A DNA stretch of 25,248 nucleotides from a virus (lineage: Duplodnaviria; Caudoviricetes). Shown here piece after piece: positions 8,556 to 16,961 of this stretch (within the stretch, counting starts at the first letter, position 1; the number at the start of each line of letters is the position of its first letter). A program made the position numbers and the translations under genes. The notes below the pieces were generated by a model. It searched no databases. It saw only the letters and a program-made list of their open reading frames with translations, and was not told where the DNA came from. The DNA is taken from positions 1 to 25,248 of the IMG/VR virus record IMGVR_UViG_3300050014_000250. One strand, given 5' to 3'.

Positions 8556-9103
8556 GCGACACGACGTACGTGGGCAAGCATCGCACGCGTTCCTACGCTG
8601 AGACGATCGCAGAACGGCTCGACCTTGAGCGAGTGGAGGGGCGCACGTTTCGCGAGGTGATGGATGAGGAGTGGCGGCCTGACCCCGATGCACGGGGCAC
8701 CGGGGTTCAGACGTTCGACATGATCGCCGAGGTGGTACACGCGAGCGGAGCGACGCTGGCGATGGGCCGCGGCGGGCGGTGCGTGCTGGTGTTCGCCGAC
8801 GGCCTGCACCTCTCGCTGCACTCGCCGCAGGTGCTCTCGGATGCGCAGGCGCTAAGGTTCGACGCTGACGCGCGACGGGACAACGCCGTGGCGGCCTCAA
8901 CACTCGCAGCGGTGGGCGCGGAGCCGCGACCGAGGGTCAAATCGGCGCGTACGGGCGCTGGTGAGGCCGTGTCCGTATTCTCGACGCCGCCGTCTCCGTC
9001 GGAGAACCGCAGCATCCCTGCCGTCGAGCGCATTGAGGACGACGCGCGCGCTGACGCCTTCCGCGCCGAGCAGCACACCAAGACCGTCGAGGGGTGGGAC
9101 TGA
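8552..9103 (+). CDS. Hypothetical protein
   Basis: GGAGG RBS, 183 aa, coupled to neighbours. Confidence 0.65.
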   Translation: MSDTTYVGKHRTRSYAETIAERLDLERVEGRTFREVMDEEWRPDPDARGTGVQTFDMIAEVVHASGATLAMGRGGRCVLVFADGLHLSLHSPQVLSDAQALRFDADARRDNAVAASTLAAVGAEPRPRVKSARTGAGEAVSVFSTPPSPSENRSIPAVERIEDDARADAFRAEQHTKTVEGWD

Positions 9104-9459
9104 TGGCCTTGTTCGCGGTGCACGAGATCATGGCGGCGACCATCGACACGAGTGAGCTGCGTGCAGAGGAGGAGCTGAGGCGGCTGGTGGCGAAGCTCGG
9201 CGCCACGCCCCTGCTGCCGAAGATGCTGCGCCAGTGCCACGTGCGCGCTGGCCGCACCGGGCGCACCTACCTGTCGGTAGTCGAGAAGCTGACGCGGTGC
9301 CTGTCGCGGCCGGGGGCGGGCGAGGTCATGCGCGTCCGTACCCGCCGAGGCGAGTGGAACGAGCCGGATGTGCTGCCGGTCGCGGCGTTCCCCGCGTGGG
9401 CGCTCATGGACGGCGACGGCGCTGAGTTGGACGACTGCAGAAGGGCGTGGGGGCTGTGA
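9103..9459 (+). CDS. Hypothetical protein
   Basis: TGATG overlap with the upstream stop. Confidence 0.6.
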   Translation: MALFAVHEIMAATIDTSELRAEEELRRLVAKLGATPLLPKMLRQCHVRAGRTGRTYLSVVEKLTRCLSRPGAGEVMRVRTRRGEWNEPDVLPVAAFPAWALMDGDGAELDDCRRAWGL

Positions 9460-9776
9460 GCAAACCACTGAGAGATCCTGGCCCCATGACCGACGACGAG
9501 TTCGTGGCGCAGCTTCGAGCGGTGGCTGGACTACCCGACGAGCTGGTGATTGGCAAGGAGAGTGTGCGCGAGCTTGCGCGGCAGGAGGTGTCGCTGATTG
9601 ACCGGCTGGTGTTGGCGCTCGAGGATACCAGGGCAGGGTTGCGATCCCTCGTGTATCAGGTCGGCGCTCCGGTGACGATCACACAGGCTTCGATGGTGGC
9701 GGCACCGCGCACGCTGGTGTCGCGGCAGGAGCCCGACGGTTCGGTGGTACTCGGATTCCCGCTGGAGAAGCCATGA
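9456..9776 (+). CDS. Hypothetical protein
   Basis: GTGA overlap with the upstream gene. Confidence 0.6.
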   Translation: MSKPLRDPGPMTDDEFVAQLRAVAGLPDELVIGKESVRELARQEVSLIDRLVLALEDTRAGLRSLVYQVGAPVTITQASMVAAPRTLVSRQEPDGSVVLGFPLEKP

Positions 9777-9922
9777 TCCCGTCCGCATTCATCCTCGTGC
9801 TGATCGCCGTGTTCTGGGCGGGGATGATCGCCGAGGATGCCGTGCACCCACCTCGGGATAGCACCAGCGTTATACTGAGCGCCGAGGAGGGGACGACACG
9901 TGAAGATCGAGTGTACCTATGA
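9773..9922 (+). CDS. Possible small membrane peptide
   Basis: ATGA overlap; AFILVLIAVFWAGMIA hydrophobic stretch. Confidence 0.35.
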   Translation: MIPSAFILVLIAVFWAGMIAEDAVHPPRDSTSVILSAEEGTTREDRVYL

Positions 9923-10496
9923 CCGCCTGGTGGCGCCGGGCGACCTCACGCCGGCGAAGTCCAACCCGCGCAAGCATGGCAAGGAGCAGCTCCGCCTGCT
10001 TGAGAAGAACATTCGCGAGCTCGGCTGGCGCTACCCCGTGGTGGTGTCCAAGCGTAGCGGCAGGATAGTGGCCGGGCATGCACGGTGGGAGGTCGCGACG
10101 CGCATGGGGCTCACCGAGATCCCCGTCGACGACCAGGACTTCGCGTCCGACGCCGAGGAGCTCGCTGCAATCATCGCCGGCGACAAGCTCGCCGAGCTCG
10201 CCGAGGTGGACGCGCCGATGCTGCGTGACCTGCTCGGTGCGATCGACACCAGCGACATAGACCTCGAGCTGACCGGCTTCACCGAGTGCGAGATCGCAGG
10301 GCTGACGGGCGGGCCCAGCGCCGAGGTCACAGAGGACGAAGTGCCGGAGCCTCCCGCTGTGCCTGTGACGTGTCCCGGTGCGGTGTGGTTGCTGGGTGGC
10401 TACACGATGGAACTCGACCCCGCGTACTGCGACGTGATAGTCGCCAGGTGGGAAGCATTGACGGGCGAGAAGGCGGTGCTCGAGGATGCCTCGTAA
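9900..10496 (+). CDS. ParB/Srx-like protein derived from a ParB-DNA methylase fusion, methylase core deleted in frame
   Basis: NPRKH...GWRYPVVV...IVAGHAR ParB motif; EDEVPEPP...PGAVWLLG joined directly to YTMELDPAYCDVIVARWE. Confidence 0.85.
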   Translation: MKIECTYDRLVAPGDLTPAKSNPRKHGKEQLRLLEKNIRELGWRYPVVVSKRSGRIVAGHARWEVATRMGLTEIPVDDQDFASDAEELAAIIAGDKLAELAEVDAPMLRDLLGAIDTSDIDLELTGFTECEIAGLTGGPSAEVTEDEVPEPPAVPVTCPGAVWLLGGYTMELDPAYCDVIVARWEALTGEKAVLEDAS

Positions 10497-10986
10497 GGTT
10501 GACGGGCAGGAGCAGCCGCCGAACAACGGGGCTCGTGATGCTCACGGACGTTTCTTGCCGGGCAACCCCGGAGCGTGGAAGCCGGGGGAGAGTCCGAACC
10601 CAGCCGGTCGCCCACGCAAGTCCAAGGTGTCCGAAGCCTACAAGTGGGTGCTTCAGCAGCCGGCCTTGAGCATCGGCATCAAGCCTGAGCAGCTCGCACA
10701 GCTTGGGCTGGAAAAGACTGCCACAGTCGCCGAGGCGATCGGTGTCACGACCGCTCGGGCGGTGCTGCGTGACGACGCCTCAGCCCGTACGAGTATCCTG
10801 AACTACACCGAGGGTGCCCCGAAACAGGATGTGACCACACACGATGGCGACCTCGAAAGCCGGTCCACGGAAGACATCGTCGCAGAGGCCGAGTCCATCC
10901 TCGCCGAGTGGCGACTCGGATCAGGTGGGACGGCTGGCCCTACTGACGGGCGAGCTCGCAAGGCGCCGAGACCGCGCAAGCGCTGA
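10486..10986 (+). CDS. terS: Terminase small subunit (DUF5681-like)
   Basis: GRFLPGNPGAWKPGESPNPAGRPRK; immediately upstream of TerL. Confidence 0.7.
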   Translation: MPRKVDGQEQPPNNGARDAHGRFLPGNPGAWKPGESPNPAGRPRKSKVSEAYKWVLQQPALSIGIKPEQLAQLGLEKTATVAEAIGVTTARAVLRDDASARTSILNYTEGAPKQDVTTHDGDLESRSTEDIVAEAESILAEWRLGSGGTAGPTDGRARKAPRPRKR

Positions 10987-12424
10987 GGTATCGTTCGCTG
11001 AGTTCGTCCGCCAGGCATGGCACATCGTCGAGCCCTCCACGCCGCTGCTGTGGAACTGGCACATCGATCTGCTGTGCGAGTACCTCGAGTGCCTGACGTA
11101 CTGCGATATCCGGCGCCTCATCATCAACATTCCGCCCCGCTCCATGAAGAGCCTGCTGGTCACGGTCATGTGGCCGTGCTGGGAGTGGATAGTCCGCCCG
11201 ACGCGTCGCTACCTGTTCGCCTCGTACGCCTCGAGCCTGTCCACCGACCACAGCGTCCTGCGCCGCCGCATCATCGAGTCGTCGTGGTACCAGTCCAACT
11301 GGCCGCAGATAGTGTTGGCGCACGATCAGAACCTCAAGACGCAGTACGAGAACACCTGCTCCGGCACGATGATCTCCGGGTCGGTGGGGTCGACCATGCT
11401 CGGCAAGGGCGGCGACGTGATCGACATCGACGACCCGGTCAACCCGTCGGAGGTGTACTCGGATGCGGACAGGGCGTCGGCTAACGAGTTCATGGACCGC
11501 GACCTTCCGTCCCGCCTCAACAACAAGGCTGAGGGCATCATCGTGATGGTGATGCAGCGCCTGCATGACGACGACCCTACCGGGCACGTGCTCAAGCGCG
11601 ACATACTGCACGAGTGGGTGCATCTGTGCCTACCGTCGATAGCGGTGTCCGACGAGCGCATCGTGTTCCCTCGCTCAGGGCGTGTGGTGAATCGCCGCGG
11701 CGGCGGGTTCGAGGTGCTGCCCGGCGGCGCCATCAAGTGCCACGGCGACCTGCTGTGGCCTGAGCGCGAGGGCGAGAAGGAGCTGTCGAGCCTGCACGTG
11801 GCTCTCGGATCCCGCGACTTCGGGGCGCAGTACCAGCAGGAGCCCGCGCCGGCCGAGGGCGCGATGTTCCAGACCTCGTGGTGGCAGTTCTACCACGAGC
11901 CGCCGGACCCGGAGCAGTTCGACGAGATCATCCAATCTTGGGATATGGCGTTCAAGGACGCCAAGACCTCTGACTTCGTGGTGGGGCAGGTGTGGGGACT
12001 GAAGGGGAGCGAGAAGTACCTGCTGGACCAAGTGCGCCAGCGCGCCGACTTCCCTGCCACCATCCGCCTCGTGCGGCTGCTGAGCTCCAAGTGGCCGCAG
12101 GCGCTGCTGAAGCTCGTGGAGGACGCCGCGAACGGGCCCGCGGTGATCTCCGAGCTGCGCCGTGAGATCGCAGGCATCAAGGCGGTCACGCCGAAGGGGA
12201 GCAAGGAGGCGAGGGCGGCCGCCGTGACGCCGACGATCGAGGCTGGTAACGTGTATCTTCCCGATGAGACGATCGCACCGTGGGTGGCGGAGTTCGTGTT
12301 CGAGTGCTCGCGGTTCCCCTTCGGAGCCAACGACGACCAGGTAGACGCCTGTACGCAGGCGCTGTTCCGCCTCACCCGCACATGGACGACAGAGAGCATC
12401 CGCGCATATCGGGGGGTCGTGTGA
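10844..12424 (+). CDS. terL: Terminase large subunit (start may be GTG 10925)
   Basis: WNWHI, INIPPRSMKS (Walker A variant), IDIDDP (Walker B), QSWDMAFKD, FPFGANDDQVDA nuclease motifs. Confidence 0.95.
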   Translation: MATSKAGPRKTSSQRPSPSSPSGDSDQVGRLALLTGELARRRDRASAEVSFAEFVRQAWHIVEPSTPLLWNWHIDLLCEYLECLTYCDIRRLIINIPPRSMKSLLVTVMWPCWEWIVRPTRRYLFASYASSLSTDHSVLRRRIIESSWYQSNWPQIVLAHDQNLKTQYENTCSGTMISGSVGSTMLGKGGDVIDIDDPVNPSEVYSDADRASANEFMDRDLPSRLNNKAEGIIVMVMQRLHDDDPTGHVLKRDILHEWVHLCLPSIAVSDERIVFPRSGRVVNRRGGGFEVLPGGAIKCHGDLLWPEREGEKELSSLHVALGSRDFGAQYQQEPAPAEGAMFQTSWWQFYHEPPDPEQFDEIIQSWDMAFKDAKTSDFVVGQVWGLKGSEKYLLDQVRQRADFPATIRLVRLLSSKWPQALLKLVEDAANGPAVISELRREIAGIKAVTPKGSKEARAAAVTPTIEAGNVYLPDETIAPWVAEFVFECSRFPFGANDDQVDACTQALFRLTRTWTTESIRAYRGVV

Positions 12425-12705
12425 TCGCATCACCCGACAGGGCTGGTGGTTTCGCTCATGATGCGTTCGTGGCGGCGCTCGACGAGGTGCGTCGCAGTCG
12501 CGGAGCGCTGTGGCAGGACGTGGCGAGGCAGTCCGGCATCTCCCACACCACGCTCTGCCGACTGAGGAGCGGTCGGAACACGGACATCGAGAACTTCGCG
12601 GCGCTGTGTGCGTGGGCCGGGCTCTCGCCAGGTATGTTCATGTTCCGACGTCGCTCGAAGGGGTACGATGGCGCCGACAATGCAGGGGGAAGGAGCGGGG
12701 CATGA
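12421..12705 (+). CDS. XRE-family HTH protein
   Basis: LDEVRRSRGALWQDVARQSGISHTTLCRLRSG...FAALCAW. Confidence 0.8.
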   Translation: MIASPDRAGGFAHDAFVAALDEVRRSRGALWQDVARQSGISHTTLCRLRSGRNTDIENFAALCAWAGLSPGMFMFRRRSKGYDGADNAGGRSGA

Positions 12706-12956
12706 GGGTCTACGGTAAGCGCGAGGGGTACGGAGAGCCGGATGCAGCGCCGAGTCACGTCACCCGTGACACGCTGGTGTCTGATGCGATCCGAGCGTAC
12801 GAATGGGGCGTCCTCACCGACGGCGAGGCCAAGACGCTCATCCGTGAGCACTTCGGGCTCGGGGAGACCTCTGTCGCTGCGCCCGGAGTTGTGACCGGCG
12901 GTACATGCAAGTGGTACGGCGCGGACGGTCGTGAGATCCAGGTGACGCTCCCATGA
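12702..12956 (+). CDS. Hypothetical protein
   Basis: AAGGAG RBS, ATGA coupling. Confidence 0.6.
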   Translation: MRVYGKREGYGEPDAAPSHVTRDTLVSDAIRAYEWGVLTDGEAKTLIREHFGLGETSVAAPGVVTGGTCKWYGADGREIQVTLP

Positions 12957-13240
12957 GCATCCGTGACAGACTCGCGGGATGGGTGGACAAGCGCACCACC
13001 CCTCGCAAGGTGCACCCGCGTGACAGCGTGACGATCGTCTACCAGGGCCCGACTCCGGATGCTACGCACGCCGCGGAGCTTGAGAAGGCTGTCGCTGCGT
13101 GGCGGGCCGGGTCGCCCATCGTGCTCTTCTTGCCGGCCGGATCGAAGATGGAGGTCACGCGGCGCCCGGTATCCGTGCTGCGCCGTCTCGGTGCCGCGGC
13201 TACATGGGTCGTGCGTCTATGGCTGGGGCTGCCCCGATGA
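12953..13240 (+). CDS. Hypothetical protein
   Basis: ATGA coupling at both ends. Confidence 0.6.
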   Translation: MSIRDRLAGWVDKRTTPRKVHPRDSVTIVYQGPTPDATHAAELEKAVAAWRAGSPIVLFLPAGSKMEVTRRPVSVLRRLGAAATWVVRLWLGLPR

Positions 13241-13410
13241 AGAGGCTGCGTACGTACCTGAGGGCTCGCCGCACGCTGCGCTCCCGTAAGCGCGTCCTGG
13301 TGGCGCTCGCGGTGCTCGACCAAACGATGAAGTCTGCTCACATGAGCAGGATAGAACGGCGGCGCATGTTCCGCGAGATCATCGCGGAGTCCAAGCGGCT
13401 CGAGATGTAA
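13237..13410 (+). CDS. Small basic hypothetical protein
   Basis: ATGA coupling; Arg-rich, 57 aa. Confidence 0.55.
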   Translation: MKRLRTYLRARRTLRSRKRVLVALAVLDQTMKSAHMSRIERRRMFREIIAESKRLEM

Positions 13411-13420
13411 GGAGCACGGC

Positions 13421-15754
13421 ATGCCCGGCATCCTGCGTGTGAGCAAGGCCCTCGGCGCGTCCCAGCAGGGAGCGCCCGCGTGGAGCGGTGCGACCTTCGG
13501 GCCGGGCCTCCCCGTCTCTCCCGGCGCTCAGCCGTGGGAGGAGGGCAAGCCTCGCGAGATCGACTACAAGCCCTCCGTCAACGCGAACATCGTGCCTCGT
13601 AGCGGCTACGGGCTCACGACGTTCCAGACGCTGGTCGAGACGTTCCGCCTCATCACCGAGGTGAAGATGGCGGTCCATCTTCTCACTCGGGAGTTCATGA
13701 TCTTCGAACCGGCGCTGGTGGAAGTGGGCACGGGTGAGCAGGTGCCCGCCGACCATCCCGAGTTGTGGATGCTGAGCAGCCCCGATCGCCAGACTCCGTG
13801 GGACGTGTGGGTCAAGCAGGTGCTGCAGGACCGCCTCGTGCTCGACGCGGCGGCGCTCTACATCGATCGTGGCGCGCAGGAGATACGGCGCATCAACGGC
13901 TCAACGCTGTTCGCGCTCGTGGACGTGCACGGTCGCCAGCCTCGTCCGCCCTCGCCCGCGTTCCAGCAGGTGATACAGGGCACGCCATTCCAGGCGTTCT
14001 CGACCGAGGAGGTCTACTACCATCCGGCCCAGCCGTGGATCGACGCACCCTACGGCATGACGCCGATGGAGGACTGCTGGTCCGACGTGCAGCTGCTGGC
14101 ACAGATCAAGGGGTTCGAGCTGGCCTACTACACCGAGGGCAACACGCCTGAGGGCTTCCTCGGATTCGGCGAAGACACGATGAATCCTGAGCAGGTCGGG
14201 GAGTGGACGGCCACCTACAACGCGCGCCTCAACGGCCAGCCCGAGGAGCGGCGCCGCATTCAGATCCTGCCGAGCAAGGACGCTGTGTGGATCTCGGGCA
14301 AGAAGGCCGAGTTCCCGAAGGATGCCTACACCACGGCGTTCAACAACGTGAGCCTGTGTTACGGCGTGCCGCCCTCTGAGTACGGCCAGGTTCCCGGCCG
14401 TGGGCTCGGCGGATCCGGGTACATGGATTTCAACCAGCAGTCCTTCTTCCGCATGGGCCTCGGTCCGCTGAAGGACTACATCGAAGGCGCGATGAACGCC
14501 GCACGCCACGGCCTGGACCTCGACCCGGCGGTACGCTTCGAGCTGCAGCTCCCGACGACCTCGATCGACCCATCGACGCGCCAGACTGCGGCGGTGCAGT
14601 GGTTCATCAACGGCTGCATCACCCTCAACGAGGCGCGCTCCATCTTCGATCAGGAGCCGGTCAAGGGTGGCGACATCCTCATGGTGATCCGCAACGGCGT
14701 ACCGGTGTCGATCACGTCATTCCTCGCGAGCGGCTACAGCGAGGAGGAGGCGGGCGGGGATGCGGCGATCTCCACGACACCTGCCACCACGCAGGACGAG
14801 AAGGTGGGCCGCTCGATGATCGAGAGCGGCACGCCGTCCACGTCTTCATCGTCCTCGCCCCAGAGCGTGGAGGAGAAGGCGCTGTGGGCGGAGATCGCCA
14901 AGCTCAGGCGCGAGGTCGCACCGCCCGCTGCATCCAAGTCCGTCGAGGCGCCTCACCCCATCGAGAAGAACACCGGGGTCGCGGTCACCGACGACGAGTA
15001 TTACGGCGCGCCTGTGCTCAAGGCAGGGGACGTGGACTGGCCCGCGGGCGGGCATGCGAACGACGTGCAGATCGTGGCGATTTCACCACCCGGCCTGCCG
15101 ACGAAGCCTGGCGTGTGGAAGCCGCTCGCCGGCGAGAACCCGAAGCTGGTCAAGCGGGCCGGCGGCCCTCAGTGCGCCAGGGAGCAGGCGGCGTACATGC
15201 TCGACCGCGCGCTGCAGTTCTACTGCGTCCCCGTCGCGTACATGGCGTCCGTCAACGGTGAGATCGGCTCCGTGGCGATGTACTCCTCGGACAACCTGCC
15301 TGCCCGCGACGCGGACAAGTACGCCTCCGCGTGGGTGGAGCGCGTGGCCATCCTCGAGTACATCGACGGCTCGATCGACCGTCACCGCGGGAACTGGCTC
15401 ACGGCGTCCGACGATGAGATGCGCCCGGTGCTCTGCGACAACGGGCTCACGTTCCCGACTCGCAACATGCCGATTTTCTCACCGTTCCTCGCGGCGTTCG
15501 GGGACGCGGAGCTGTCCAAGGATTCGATGGCGCGCCTGCACGGGTTGCGCACCAACACGAGCTTCTGGGACGACCTGCCGCGCGTGGTGGGCAACGACGC
15601 GACCAAGCTCGCATCGGGCAGGCTCGACCGCATACTGGACACAGGGACGCTCGCCATCGTGTCGCTCGACACGGCGGCTGCGACGGGGGCCACGACCGAG
15701 ACCACCTCGGGGCCCGAGGATCACACCGTGTCGGAACTGACAGAGAAGGAGTAG
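13421..15754 (+). CDS. Portal protein fused to a C-terminal PI3/4-kinase/HipA-like domain
   Basis: Portal motifs PYGMTPME, YYTEGNTPEG, YGVPPSEYG, ITLNEAR...PVKGGD; kinase motifs GVWKP, REQAAY, DRHRGNW, CDNGLTFP. Confidence 0.85.
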   Translation: MPGILRVSKALGASQQGAPAWSGATFGPGLPVSPGAQPWEEGKPREIDYKPSVNANIVPRSGYGLTTFQTLVETFRLITEVKMAVHLLTREFMIFEPALVEVGTGEQVPADHPELWMLSSPDRQTPWDVWVKQVLQDRLVLDAAALYIDRGAQEIRRINGSTLFALVDVHGRQPRPPSPAFQQVIQGTPFQAFSTEEVYYHPAQPWIDAPYGMTPMEDCWSDVQLLAQIKGFELAYYTEGNTPEGFLGFGEDTMNPEQVGEWTATYNARLNGQPEERRRIQILPSKDAVWISGKKAEFPKDAYTTAFNNVSLCYGVPPSEYGQVPGRGLGGSGYMDFNQQSFFRMGLGPLKDYIEGAMNAARHGLDLDPAVRFELQLPTTSIDPSTRQTAAVQWFINGCITLNEARSIFDQEPVKGGDILMVIRNGVPVSITSFLASGYSEEEAGGDAAISTTPATTQDEKVGRSMIESGTPSTSSSSSPQSVEEKALWAEIAKLRREVAPPAASKSVEAPHPIEKNTGVAVTDDEYYGAPVLKAGDVDWPAGGHANDVQIVAISPPGLPTKPGVWKPLAGENPKLVKRAGGPQCAREQAAYMLDRALQFYCVPVAYMASVNGEIGSVAMYSSDNLPARDADKYASAWVERVAILEYIDGSIDRHRGNWLTASDDEMRPVLCDNGLTFPTRNMPIFSPFLAAFGDAELSKDSMARLHGLRTNTSFWDDLPRVVGNDATKLASGRLDRILDTGTLAIVSLDTAAATGATTETTSGPEDHTVSELTEKE
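13833..13889 (+). repeat. 57-bp inverted repeat, copy 1 (within portal)
   Basis: Reverse complement matches 15878-15934 at 56/57. Confidence 0.95.
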
Positions 15755-15758
15755 AGGG

Positions 15759-16022
15759 ATGAAGCCACTGATTCGTATGAGCACGGCGGCGCTGGAGGAG
15801 GTCGCGGCCACGGAGGGCGTCGACCTGTCCTCGGCTGAGACGAACAAGGAGCGCGTTGCTCTGATCGAGGCCCAGCGGCCGTATCTCCTGCGCGCCACGA
15901 TCGATGTAGAGCGCTGCCGCGTCGAGCACGAGGCCGGCGGATACTTCGTGTTCGGGCTGGACCACTGGGCACCGTCGTACGTGTCCGCGGAGAACTTCGA
16001 GCATAGCTACACGCTGGCCTAG
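15759..16022 (+). CDS. Hypothetical protein containing the antisense portal fragment
   Basis: RBS plus ATG; short helical N-terminus, C-terminal GYFV...SAENFEHSY motif. Confidence 0.6.
   Translation: MKPLIRMSTAALEEVAATEGVDLSSAETNKERVALIEAQRPYLLRATIDVERCRVEHEAGGYFVFGLDHWAPSYVSAENFEHSYTLA
15878..15934 (-). repeat. 57-bp inverted repeat, copy 2
   Basis: Minus strand encodes LVLDAAALYIDRGAQEIR, as in the portal. Confidence 0.95.
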
Positions 16023-16032
16023 AGGGGGGCAC

Positions 16033-16209
16033 ATGGAGTCGCCGTACGCAGAGACGAGGACCGCACTCGCGAACGCGCAACGGCGGCTCTTGTCCGCCGA
16101 CTCGCACCTGTCCGCGCACAACGCCGAGCAGGCTCGCAGGGACGCGCTGATGGCAGCACAGATCATGCTTCGGGCCGGTAGGAACCTCATGGAGAGGTGT
16201 AAGCGGTGA
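16033..16209 (+). CDS. Hypothetical protein, 58 aa
   Basis: GAGGGG RBS; GTGA overlap with the next gene. Confidence 0.55.
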   Translation: MESPYAETRTALANAQRRLLSADSHLSAHNAEQARRDALMAAQIMLRAGRNLMERCKR

Positions 16210-16961
16210 TCCAAGAGTCTCCGTACGAGTGTCCTACCTGCCACTTCCGCTTCTCAAGCGGGGAGGCGCTGGCTCGTCACGTCGCGAGGCACGATGAGGT
16301 GCGTGCGTTCGGCGCGTTCGAGTGCCCCACGTGCCACGAGCACTTCTCCACGCACAGGGAGCTGGCGCTGCACGCGTTCAGCCATCCGAAGCTGCCGGTC
16401 GTCCCTGAGCCACGTCTCTGCGTCGACTGCGGGTGCGACATCACGGGGCGGGCTCACAACACGCAGCGCTGCGCCGAGTGCGCCGCGAAGGACCACTCGC
16501 GCAAGGTGGGCGAGGCCAAGGCACGCAGAGCGAAGGAGAGTGCGATGGGGGCAAGCGGGGACTACGAGTGCAGCGTGCGCCACAGGACGTTCGGGACGGG
16601 CAACGCGCTGGGCGGCCACATGAAGGTGCACAACGCGGCGGAGAACGGCGTGCGCCCAGAAGTGTCAAAGGATCCGCCGGCTGATGCTTCGCTGGTGGTT
16701 GAGGAGCAGGCGCAGGTCGCGGAGTCTGTCGAGGTATCGGCACCGAAGCCGCACTTGCCCGGGTGGGACGACGTGCGGGGCATCCTCAAGGAGGACACGG
16801 TGCTCATGGCGGGCATGCTCGTGAGTCCCGAGACGAAGATCCTGTCCGGCGCGATTGAGATGATGCCGATGCCCGGCGATGCGTGGGCACTCGCCGATTA
16901 CAATCAGTGGCTCGCGATGTTCGACTCCGTCTGCCGTGTGGCCTACAGGCTGCCCCGGTGA
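16206..16961 (+). CDS. Multi-C2H2 zinc-finger protein
   Basis: YECPTCHFRFSSGEALARHVARH; FECPTCHEHFSTHRELALHAFSH; CVDC...CAEC; degenerate YECSVRHRTFGTGNALGGHMKVH. Confidence 0.85.
   Translation: MIQESPYECPTCHFRFSSGEALARHVARHDEVRAFGAFECPTCHEHFSTHRELALHAFSHPKLPVVPEPRLCVDCGCDITGRAHNTQRCAECAAKDHSRKVGEAKARRAKESAMGASGDYECSVRHRTFGTGNALGGHMKVHNAAENGVRPEVSKDPPADASLVVEEQAQVAESVEVSAPKPHLPGWDDVRGILKEDTVLMAGMLVSPETKILSGAIEMMPMPGDAWALADYNQWLAMFDSVCRVAYRLPR

Noticed and set aside
11680-11750. Intein or intron in terL
   Set aside because: Only a short loop insertion; no intein motifs, and protein length is normal
13833-15934. DGR template/variable repeat pair
   Set aside because: Inverted, short, a single mismatch, and no reverse transcriptase in the window
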